Assembly: GCA_034780895.1 (NCBI GenBank)
Contig: JAUZTB010000094.1
Coordinates: forward strand, 9,707,992 to 9,771,523
Source: Rhynchobatus australiae
Taxonomy: Eukaryota
Direction of reading: 5' to 3'
Length of the DNA: 63,532 nt
In this document: positions 51,359 through 61,829 of the stretch, one piece after another
Numbering within the stretch: position 1 is the stretch's first letter
Layout: the number at the start of each line of letters is the position of its first letter
Program-made: the position numbers and the translations under genes
The notes under the pieces: generated by a model
The model's input: only the letters and a program-made list of their open reading frames with translations
Databases searched by the model: none
What the model was told of the DNA's origin: nothing

Positions 51359-52158
51359 CTGTAAGTGAATGACGGACGGAGAGGAGAGAAAGAGAGGGCA
51401 AGATATCTGTTAGTCATAAATAGGCGACATGGTAAAACATTTACCAGTTTCTGTACACCTCTATTGGATTTAAACATTTTATTTGTAAAACAAATTCTCG
51501 TCTAACGCTTTCAAAGCTAATTATTTTACAATATAACAATATTTAGCGGACTATGGAAAGTCTGCATGATAAAAAAGGTTTGAAAATGCATAATAAAATA
51601 TGGTATAGAAATGTAAGTATTTGATAATAAATTCTCTTAATTAGAAATTTTAAAACTGCATTAATTTACTAAATTTACGCACAACAAATTCTTGCAATAT
51701 GATGAAAATAGCTTTAAGAAACTGCGCTCAATTTCCACCAGATGGCTCCATTGCATTACTCTCCCCCATCCCCACTACACACACACTGACAATCAAATCA
51801 CGGTATAACAGGTTTTACGATTATGTTATTGAAACCACTACATTTCATTCGATGTTCTAGTTACAAAGCTCGACTGCTAATGACATATAATCGGGCAGTG
51901 TGCTGCTTATTTATTGTGAATGAAGCTAAAAACGTGATTTTAGGCATATAAGAACATTAAACGTGGACATATGAATATGCAAAACGGTTTAAAATTAGCA
52001 ACAATACCTTACAAACCGTAAGGTATCAATATTCTAATCATGTTAATGTAAGGTAGTAATTTGTAGTCGCAGGTATGAGGCTCGCCTCTAGTGTGTCCTC
52101 AATTAATCGTTTTGAATCCGGTTCACTCCCATGTGTGAGCCCGCTAGACCCTCAGATC

Positions 52159-52206
52159 GAATGAATAGATTTCATTCTCAATTGACATAGAGTCGCCGAA
52201 TCACAG
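52159..52206 (-). promoter_or_regulatory. Homologue of the intron-1 48-bp SOX9/SOX5/SOX6 chondrocyte enhancer
   Basis: CTGTGATTCGGCGACTCTATGTCAATTGAGAATGAAATCTATTCATTC is collinear with the mouse element as I recall it (CTGTGAATCGG...TATG...TTGAGAA...CATTCAT). Confidence 0.7.
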
Positions 52207-54579
52207 TTTACTGTCNNNNNNNNNNNNNNNNNNNNNNNNNNNNNNNNNNNNNNNNNNNNNNNNNNNNNNNNNNNNNNNNNNNNNNNNNNNNNNNNNNNNN
52301 NNNNNNNNNNNNNNNGACCAGGTTAAATAAATAATAAGGGGATTGCAATCAATCCAACACACACACACACAACTCTCAGTCTCTCCTAGGCAAACAGCAG
52401 AGACACAAAAGCATCATTCATAACCTGCTCACATCCAGATTTTGTTTGCATTCCAATGCGTATCTCAAATGCAGTCCAACTACTAGAAACAAATAACCTG
52501 AAATTAACCACCCTCAAGAAACTTTATAGTACTTTACGTTCAACTTGTTTCCAAATATTTGCACATAATATTGATATATAATATAATATGAAAAATAATT
52601 AGCAACTTAAATATATTATCCGTTTCTAGAAACCCAGTGAGAGATTTTCTTGCACGAATTTCAAGGTCACTTTCACAACGTCTGGGTTTAGGGGCTCCGA
52701 AGTATACCAAGGTGTGGTTGGTGGTCAACCTTAGACGGCAGGACTTTCTATATCACTTTTTACTCGTTCCACTTCTCTGAAGTGTTGCTTGTATTTCTGG
52801 AAGGGGGGGGGGGGGTNNNNNNNNNNNNNNNNNNNNNNNGGTGCTTTCTCGCCACGCTATAATATAAACAGCTTTTAAAAGAGGAGACAGCCTTTTTTGT
52901 CTTTCAAAATCCATCTATAACTGCAATTCTAATTATATTTTTGGATCAAATTTACAAAGATTTGTTTTCTTTTTCCTGCTTTCAAATTAGCTTCACTTCT
53001 CCAATACAAACTAAAGTCTCTAATCTTACAACCAAGGATCAGACACATTGCATCCGGCTCATCCTGGCCAGGTGTTTAAAACTTTCCGAGGTATGGTGAG
53101 GGATTGGTGTCTGGAGCCCCCTGAGTGCTGATTGGTTGTAAAACGATAGTGACTGGCTTCGCCCGAAGCTCGAACAGACGGGGTAGAAAGAACTCAGACC
53201 GTATCAAGTAACATAGAAACCCGTCCTTTCTTGTTAGTTTTATTACAAAAGATACTGGAGTTTTTACTATTGCTATTGAGTTTAGACGAATGCACTTTAA
53301 GCTTCAAAATAAATGTGGGAGTCGTTTAAATGCTGCGATAGATGCAGAATCAGGATAACCGAAGTAACAAGTGGAATAAAATATAAATTTATAAGTTTAG
53401 CTACAATTCGTGACTAAAATATTGATGAATCGAGTTGAATTAAACAACTCCAATAGGAAATGTGGATATTATCTTCCGATTATGCTAAAGTTGGTCCAAG
53501 TGATCTGGGTCCCTCTTTCTCCAGAGGCTTGTGTTACCGTGAATAGCACTCTGTCAAGAGTCTTGGGCAAGATTGTTTGATCCCGAGGCTGGGCCTCTCT
53601 GGAGGAGGGGCTTCCCTCAGCCCTCTCCAGCCTAGCCAACTATCAATTCGCCTTACAGTTTCTATCTATCCTCACGCCATCCTACCGTAAAAAGTTTTTT
53701 TTTTACTTTCCCCTCGCTCGCCTCCACTGCCTGTGTTATGGGTTTGGCTGCCAAAACTTGACACAGGAGCCATTCCTTTCCCCTTCTCTCAGTCGAGTGT
53801 TTTTTTTTATTGTCTTGATCTCAGCATCAGCAGCCTCGCTGGGGAATTCAAGCAATTCCTCCCAAGATGAAATACTCGTCCAGCTCCTCGCACACTCAAT
53901 ACAGTTTGAGAATATTTTAACGTATTTTCTTTTCAAACTTCCAATTTATTTTATCCATCTAATGCATTCACTATACAGGCTGCTGAATTTGTATTCCAAT
54001 CCACTGCTTGCTCTTGGGTCCCAAACTAAAGTGTCAGAAGTTGGAAGTTGAAGATATTTTTAAAATGCATATTTGAATGTCGATACAGGCAGGTGCGTGT
54101 GTGTGTGGGGGGGGGGGGGGGCGGCCGGCTTGNNNNNNCCGGATTGTCAATTCTACCGAATTAAAGTCTCCCAGGCTGGTATTACTGATTCAAACTATTC
54201 CACTCTGGACCGATTCACACTTTGACACTGCTCCCCAATCTCGGAATCCACTCTCATCCCAGCCTCATTCAAAGACCCAACCACTTCAGGAAAAAAAACA
54301 TCCAACCGTTTCTTTTAACTTCACAAAGTGTCAAGATTTCACATCAGTACCACATCGCAAGGAAACGAATAATTCTCACAGCTGACTTCCCCGTTACTTT
54401 TAAAGCTCCGCAAACGTTTAAAATTAAAAAGCTAAATTAAAAATTAAAAAGAAAACAATTATCTTCTCACTGAATTTCCAATTGAAAAGCTTTTACAAAA
54501 CTAAGCACGCTTTTACTTTACACGAATTCGCTGATGCATGCAAAACTGTCATTTTTTAGAAGAATGAAAATATACTTGC

Positions 54580-54670
54580 CATTTGCTTCTTGACATTTGA
54601 CAACAGCTAATAGAATGGCTTGCGTTGCTGCAAGCAGCACTAATGTTCGGGAGTCCACAAACCTGAACAT
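54580..54670 (-). CDS. COL2A1: Exon 1 coding part (91 nt), signal peptide MFRFVDSRTLVLLAATQAILLAVVKCQEAN
   Basis: ATG at 54670; hydrophobic signal peptide; phase-1 end followed by GCAAGT (GC donor). Confidence 0.93.
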
Positions 54671-54704
54671 ATCTAAATATTAGACATGCAGAGTCGTTAT
54701 GTGG
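54655..54704 (-). promoter_or_regulatory. Collagen 5' stem-loop (5'SL) spanning a uORF and the start codon
   Basis: CCACATAAC GACTCTG CATGTCTAA TAT TTAGATATG TTCAG GTTTGTGG: two stems separated by an internal loop, with one ATG in each arm of the upper stem. Confidence 0.85.
54673..54687 (-). other. uORF2 ATG TCT AAT ATT TAG (MSNI*)
   Basis: Ends 2 nt before the main ATG, inside the 5'SL. Confidence 0.8.
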
Positions 54705-54728
54705 ATGGAGAGGAGAGGAGTCCCACGA

Positions 54729-54743
54729 TTACCGAGCCGTCAT
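54729..54743 (-). other. uORF1 ATG ACG GCT CGG TAA (MTAR*)
   Basis: 4-codon ORF between the TATA-like box and the main ATG. Confidence 0.65.
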
Positions 54744-54799
54744 AAAGTCAACCTTGGAACGGGAAAAAAAGGGTATCCAGTACCGGGCCCCAGCAGAAA

Positions 54800-55000
54800 C
54801 TCAGCGCTCTCTGCTCTGGGCCGGGTACCGCAGTTTTAAGTGCGCTCACTCTTCAATGACTGCGTATATCCCCACTGTTGGTGAATTCGATCCACCCCTT
54901 GCCCCCCAGCCGTGCTGTAACCCGAGCCTCTCCAATCCTTTGCTTGCTCTCCCCATTCACCAAGGCCCCTCCTTCCAGCCCAACCAGCAGCCCCCTAAAT
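54800..55000 (-). promoter_or_regulatory. Proximal promoter with TATA-like GCGCACTTAAAA (TTAAAA at 54834-54839) and G-rich upstream elements
   Basis: Locally GC- and CpG-rich; lies about 165 nt upstream of the ATG; TSS inferred near 54805-54810. Confidence 0.6.
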
Positions 55001-56932
55001 ATTTTAAAAAACTAAAAAAAAACCTTGGGTGAACTTTATCAATTTGCTTAAAAAATACTTACGGTTAAGTCAATTATAACACATGTCTCTTTAAACAAAA
55101 TGTTCATTTTGAACTTGTCTAAAGAAACAGAGTTTTGTTGAACATTTCGTGCAGTTTTATGAAGGCTTTTCGAGAGTGGATTGCAGGAACTTGTGTCTCG
55201 GGCTTGAGAGTTTCTTAGTCTTTCTAATTCTACATATTCCGGGGTGAGATAAGGCGAGAGCATAGACACAAACTCAAGGCTTCCTTAAGAAACGGAGATG
55301 ATTTAGAATAGCAAATTTAGACCGATTCTAATCAAAGATTTACTTCAGTAAGCAATCTAAAGCTTCTCGTGTGCATTCTCTTTTCCTTGTTCAGTTCTCG
55401 GGGCTTCAGGGTGCTTCACCTTCAGATCAGTGTTTTTTTTTCGCAACATTGCGGTGCAAGCTCAGGCTAGAACAGGAATCTGTTGCAGTGAAAAACGTTA
55501 CTTTATGTTTGCAAGTTCCGTTCATATGAGAAGTTACGGTACTTTAGAAGACCTGACAGAATTTTGTTTAGCTCTAAGAATCTTTCAAAAAACGTTTCTT
55601 TATGTTTCATTTTTTTTCTCTAGATGGGAGCCGTGTATAGACAATATAACGCCTTTCTGGCTAATATCAGTTACTTTCAATCCAATTTTTTTAAAGCGTC
55701 GCATATCTGTTTAATAATCGACTCTTCACTAATCCATTGTTATGCATAGGAGAAATGTGTGTACTTATAGAACACAATTCGTTCTTACAGTTTATTACAG
55801 CGAAATAATCACGACACATTTGATACTTTATTCACCTGTCGCAGCACTAAGTTTCGAGTACAGGGGAATGAATGTGTTAAATGTCTCCAATGATGGGGCT
55901 CTGGCACACGCGGAGACCCCGATTTTAAGATGATCCCATCGCTTTCTGTGCGGTCTGAGGTGCTGCCGGAGCCCCGATACAATGTATAGAATGGACTAAT
56001 TGATTGATCAATGTTATCGTACTTAATCTTACATCGTTGATGCTGGGTGCACAATAAATGTTAAATGTCCTACAGCGACTGAAATACTGCGGCTGCGGTG
56101 TGCATGAATGTACGCTGGAATTTTGTTGCGGAGGTTCTCAATCAATATACACCAATTGTCCGATTTTTTTGTGGCTTTGTCCGCGTCACATTGTGTGTGT
56201 TGTTCCTAAGATTCTACCCCTCCCCCCATTTGCGCCTGTTCCCCAATCTCAGCCTAATAGACCGTCTTCAACCAACTTCAGCTTTTGTCTGCCGCCACCC
56301 TTGACAATCTTATATTGAAACTTTCGGGTTTTAACGTGTTTTTAGATGAAAATGAACGGAGAGTAACATTTCGAAATGATTTTTTTTGCTGCCGGTCCCC
56401 TCCCCCAATAAACTTCTTCCTGTGGATTTTCTGAGGGGTTGGAAGAAGTTTGATGGCTGCTTCCAGAAAGAACAGCTACTTGGTGAAAGAACGTTACCGC
56501 AAATCTGACCAATGGGAACAGGAGGTGCGCAAAAATGTTCTAATATGATTGGTCCAGGTGTTAAAGTGGGTGGGCGAACTGTTATCACGTGGCGCAGGCA
56601 TCACAATGGAAAATCGAGCTAGTGCAATGGATAAAGAGAAAGCTTCCCATTCTGTGGAGGGTGGCATTTCTGTAAGATACAGCAGGCTGGATAAACGGGC
56701 GAGTCCAATTTTCAGAACAGAACACTGAAGATAAAACTGAAAGTACCTGTAAAAACACAAGTATCACCGAAAACAGAAAAGGCAGATTACATTTCAGGGC
56801 ATAACCTTTTGTTAGAAAGTTGAAAGATAAGTATGGAATTCGACAGGATATCAACAGGAAAAGCAAAACTGCATGTGCTCCAACACAATCTCCACATTTT
56901 ATTTCCTGCCAGCCCATGAAATTTGCTGTCTA

Positions 56933-57068
56933 AACAGGAGACACAAGAGACTGCAGATGCTGAAATCTGGAACAACAATGTGTTGGAGGAACTCTGCAGG
57001 TCAGGCAGCATCTGTGGAAGCAAAGGGATCATGCTACCTGACCCGCTGAGTTCCTCCAGCAGTTTGAA
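56933..57068. mobile_element. Hairpin element
   Basis: tggaggaactctgcaggtcaggcagcat / atgctacctgacccgctgagttcctcca inverted arms. Confidence 0.75.
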
Positions 57069-57094
57069 ACTTGCTCTCTACTTCTTAGGCAGAG

Positions 57095-57860
57095 CCTCAG
57101 GATCAAGGATGATTTGTTTCCCCTCCGGTTCTGTGGGTTCTGAGGTGGCTAAAGAGGCCCATGTGGGTACCACAGACTCTTCCACAGAAAGGGCAGGAGG
57201 TGGCTGAAGGAGTGGGTATGCATGGACTTCAGGTTCTCAATCCAACCAAATGTTCCTCCATTTTGAATGGGCCAGAGGTTCCCAGGAGTCAGTGAGGATG
57301 GTGCATTTCTTCAAGGAGCTTTCAGCACATCCCTGAATCTTTTTCTATATCCCCCTGGTAATCTCCCATGACAGAGCTGAGAATGGAATGTCTCTTTCAG
57401 GAACAAACAATCTGCTGGAGGAACTCAGTGGATCAGGCCATTCATCTGGACGGACGTCAACTGTCCATTTCCCTCCAAAGATGCTGCCTGATCCACTGAG
57501 TTCCTCCAGCAGTTTGTTTGTTGCTCCAGATTCCAGTACCCGCAGTCTACTATGTCTGTTTCAGGAGTCTGATGCCAAGCATGAGAGTGACATGGCCAGC
57601 TCAATGTAGTGGACTGATGGTAATTAGGACATCAGTCTGGGGATGTTAGCTTGGGAGCGTACACTGAGACTGGTTTGCTTATCCTTCTAGTGGATTCAGA
57701 GAGCTTTGTGGAGACAGTGTTGTTGGTAGCTTTCCAGGGCTTTGGGATGCCTGTTGTAGGTAGTCCAGGTCTCAGAAACACGTAGGAGGGCAGGGATCAC
57801 TGCTGTCCAACAGACTGTGAGTTCTGTGCCAGGTCTGAGGTCTTGATCTTCAAATATCCT
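57095..57860 (-). mobile_element. RTE-clade LINE 3' fragment interrupted by a hairpin element (57403-57551)
   Basis: The minus strand translates approximately to GHVTLMLGIRLLK...SQLCHGRLPGGYRKRFRDVLKAPLKKC...DSWE, similar to the RTE/BovB C-terminus. Confidence 0.7.
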
Positions 57861-58119
57861 TTTATTCAATTGACCAAAGATTGTGCTGACACATTAGATA
57901 AAAGTGGGTATTTCCATAAAATGACGGGTTCAATACTGTGATTTCCTGAGCTGTTCTCTGATGACCACTGGGAAATCTAGGAGATATAATTAACTTTAAT
58001 ATGGCAGGCCAATTGATTCTGGCCTTGAGTGATGTACCCAGATTTGGACATCTTGCCTGCAACAATAAGATTGGAAATTGCAGCTGGCAACATGGTTGGT
58101 TTAATCTGGAACCGGGAGG

Positions 58120-59530
58120 GTAGATGTAGAAAAACTATTTCTGCTAGTTGGGGAGTCTAGGACTTGGGACAGAGCCTAACATTTCAGAGCCAGGCCTTTT
58201 AGGAGTGAAGTTAAGACAAATTTCCACCAGCCAAGGGTTGAAGAAGCAGGAAATTCTCTTCCACAAATTGATCCAATGTAAATTATTATCTTTAAGCCTG
58301 AGATTGATAGATTTTCATTAACCAGAAGTATTAAGAGATATGGGATAAAAAACAGGTACATAGGGTGAGGTTCCAGATTAGCTATAATCACACTGAATGG
58401 TTAAATAAACTTGAGGGGCTACTTTTGTTCATATTACAGAATGGAATTTTAAAAGTCAATACAGGAGGAAAAGGGAAGAAATAAATAGCAGGCAAATTGA
58501 AGTAAACTGTGAAACAATTTATAAATGTATACATTAGTAATGGAAAAGTTTATTAAAGACCCAAAAAGGAATCTTCATGTGGAGATAGGGGACATAAGGA
58601 AATAGTTAAAATATTAAATAAATACATCAGACTGCACAAAGGAGTAACTTGAAGGTTACACTAAATGAGAAAAAGGAATTTATCAACAAGATAGAAAAAA
58701 AAGGGTATATACAAAAACAAAGATTAGTATTACTGGAAGTTGGTGGTCAACTGGTCCAGATGGATTGCATGCTAGGTTGGAGAAAGATACAAAGACAGGN
58801 NNNNNNNNNNNNNNNNNNNNNNNNNNNNNNNNNNNNNNNNNNNNNNNNNNNNNNNNNNTATACTGGAGTAAAGTCAGAGGACTGGAGTGTTGCTAATAAT
58901 GTAGCATTACTCAAGATAGAGAAGAGGATAATCTAGTAAGGTGCTGGCATGTCAGCCCAAAGTTGGTGATGGAGAAGTTCTATGAAAATTATCAGGGTCA
59001 AAGGAATTAGTCAAATAAAGCCAACATGGATTTGTTAAAGGCAGATATTTTCTGACTAACTTTACTGAAGCCACAGAGAATGTTACTTAAGATGGTGTAC
59101 TATATATATGGAACTTTTAGAAGGCAAAGGCTAATTGTCACACGGGGGGCTAATTAAGAAACTGGAAGCTCAGAATTAAGTGATGTTATGGTATGGAATT
59201 AGCTTAGTGACAAGAAGTAAAATGGTAGGTTGATATTTTTCAGGCTAGCATGTAATCACTAGTGGTGTTCCCCAATAGTTAGTTATGAGTCCATTCCACT
59301 TTTCAATTTTGTAAACGAGGTTTGATAGAGTAGACAAAGTGTAGGGAGAAGCATTATAACATTTACAGATGACACAAAGCTTAACATGGTAGTGGATAGT
59401 GATGTGAGTGGTTCTTGGCTTCTCAAATACATAGAAGCATGGCAGATGGAGTTCAATGCAGAGAACAGTGTAGTGAGGCAATTTGTGAGGATTAATAAGG
59501 AAAGACAGAATATTATAATTGGAAAAAGTT
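58120..59530 (+). mobile_element. Decayed CR1 LINE fragments (3' tail plus RT region)
   Basis: gaggactggagtgttgctaat, ccaacatggatttgttaaaggcagat and actagtggtgttccccaa are CR1 RT-like remnants with many stops. Confidence 0.7.
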
Positions 59531-60212
59531 TGATGGGTAGATAAGCAGCACCTTAAACATATGCCAACTTTTGTGCAATAACTGCACTGAGATACTATGT
59601 TGGACTATTTCTTCCTCTTCTATCAAATCTTACTTTAGTTCATGTAATGGAGGATCTTATTCTAGTGAATGTTGCTCTCCTTAAAATGCTTCAATAAACA
59701 AAAAAGTTATTAGGTAGATTTCACCATATAGCTGTCTTTGCTGGACAAGAAATTAGTTGTAATATCATTACATTTATTATAATGGTTCTATACTTTTAAA
59801 TTGACACTATATTCTGCATTCTGTTTTCTTGTTACTAGCTCGATGTAATTATGTATGGAATGATCTGTCTGGATGGCACACAAACAAAAGCTTTTTACTG
59901 TATCTCGATACATTTGACAATAATAAACCAATCTTCAATAGGCAAATGGGCTTTTGTTGCTCAAGGTATTCATTATGATTTGTTTTTGCTGTTCAAGAAA
60001 TTCATCGGTGATTTGCTGAGGGTATTAATGGAATAATTTATATATTTCATGGTAATGTAAATATGTACGCTGACTTGGAAAAGGAGACCAAAAATGATAG
60101 GTTGATTCCTGTAGATAGATTCAGATTAAGGAAGATGTACTTTATTGTGTGTGGCAAATGTTTTTTAACATGTATAAGTGCAGCCTTGTACACTGGTGTT
60201 AGGTGTATTTAA

Positions 60213-60392
60213 TATAAAAGCAGAAAATGCTGGAAACATTCAACAGGTCAGGCAGCATCTGTAAAAAAGGTTTTCGATATGAAACATTAACCCTATTTCT
60301 CTTTCCACAGATGCTGCTCTGCCTGATCTGATGAGTGTTTTCAGCATTTTCTGTTTTTTATTTCGGATTTCAGCATCTTCAGTTTTTTGATT
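60213..60392. mobile_element. Hairpin element with ~45-bp inverted arms
   Basis: cagaaaatgctggaaacattcaacaggtcaggcagcatctgt / acagatgctgc...cctgatctgatgagtgttttcagcattttctg. Confidence 0.8.
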
Positions 60393-61109
60393 TTCAATAA
60401 CTAGTACTTTTAATGTTGAGGTGTTCAATTAAAAGTTAGGAAGAAAAAGAAGAATGAGAGGCGATAATTTATAAAACCATTGACATTCCCCAAATAATGT
60501 GATGAGGTTATTGGGAAGGTAAATAGGATTTTGGCTATTTCAACAGTACAGTATCGAGAAAAGTAATCAGAACAAACTGAACCTTGTAGTACTTTTAATT
60601 TTCAAAATAGACTTCAGATGTTATTAATATTTATATTAGATAAACAAGACTGTTTTACAGGAAATATGATTGAGGTCATCAAAATGCTGAAGGAATGAGT
60701 CTTTGACCAGTTAGATGATAGGAGACAGATCGGATAGGGATAAACAAAAGGGACGTACTTAGGCAAGGAGTTAGATAAGGCTTTTTCAATGAAGAATTAT
60801 TGACATTTGTAATAAATTACAGAAGTGCAGATAAGCATGGATTTCATTGCAGTTACTTCAAAGGAGGACTGGAGAAGCTCCTGAGGGTGGAAGAGATTCC
60901 AATTTATAAAGGTAAACTGGAGTTTGCTGGAAACAACAACACTTGGCTGCTTGTTCCTGCCATGCCCTTATTTTTCCTTGATAACCCCGTGGAGAACCAG
61001 AGAGGAGCTTCCTAGAATAAGCCTCATGTACTTCTCAGTATTGTTCACCTCCCTCTGAAAAGTGCATGTCAGTGGCAGGGATTGGGATGTGNNNNNNNNN
61101 NNNNNNNNN

Positions 61110-61790
61110 NGCCTAAACAATGGCTGCACCTGTAGGTGGTATCCATTTTCTTGAGAGTTGTTGGAGCCATTCTCATCCAGGCAAGTACAGAGAGTTCCAA
61201 CACACTCCTGTCTTGTGCCTTGTAGATGGTTCAAAGGCTTTCAGGTCCAACTGAGTTTCTGCTCAATGGTAATCCTCAAGATATTGATTCTGCAATGGTA
61301 ATGGTATTGAATGACAAAGGTAGGTGTTTATTGGAGATGGTCACTGTGTGGTAGCTTTGTAGTATGAATGTTATATGCTACTTATCCGCCCATGCTTGAA
61401 TGTCATCTTGGTCTAGCTGCATATAGGTATGGACTTCATTTGTTGAAGAATTGCGAATGGAAATGAACATGATGCAACCATCAACAAACATCCCTTATGA
61501 TGGAATGAAGACACTTGATAAAGCAGCTGAAGATGGTGAACATAGGATACTGCCTTGGAAAACTCCTGCAGTAATGTTCATCGACTGGGATAATTGACCT
61601 TCAACAACCACCACCATTTTCCTCTGTGTAAGGAATGACCCTAACCATTGGAGTGCTTTTCCCTTGATGTCCATTGACCAGGGCTCTTCAATGTCACACT
61701 TGGTCAACTGCTGCCTTGATGAGAGGCTGGCACTACCCAATTGTCCTCCAAGCCTATTTCACCTGGATTTGCTCACTCTCTGGAATTGGT
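61110..61790 (-). mobile_element. Non-LTR retrotransposon RT fragment (CR1/L2 group)
   Basis: ORF 61495..61740 IKGKALQWLGSFLTQRKMVVVVEGQLSQSMNITAGVFQGSIL is the GVPQGS RT motif region. Confidence 0.8.
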
Positions 61791-61829
61791 CCCTAGATTT
61801 GTTCTCTGAGTGTCATTGGTGTGTAGATT

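Noticed and set aside
54580-54704. Calling the gene COL1A1 because of the MFxFVD start and the 5' stem-loop
   Set aside because: N-propeptide exon sizes, the [14 protein letters not shown] telopeptide and helix sequence (GVKGHR, GQDGLAGPK) are alpha-1(II)-type.
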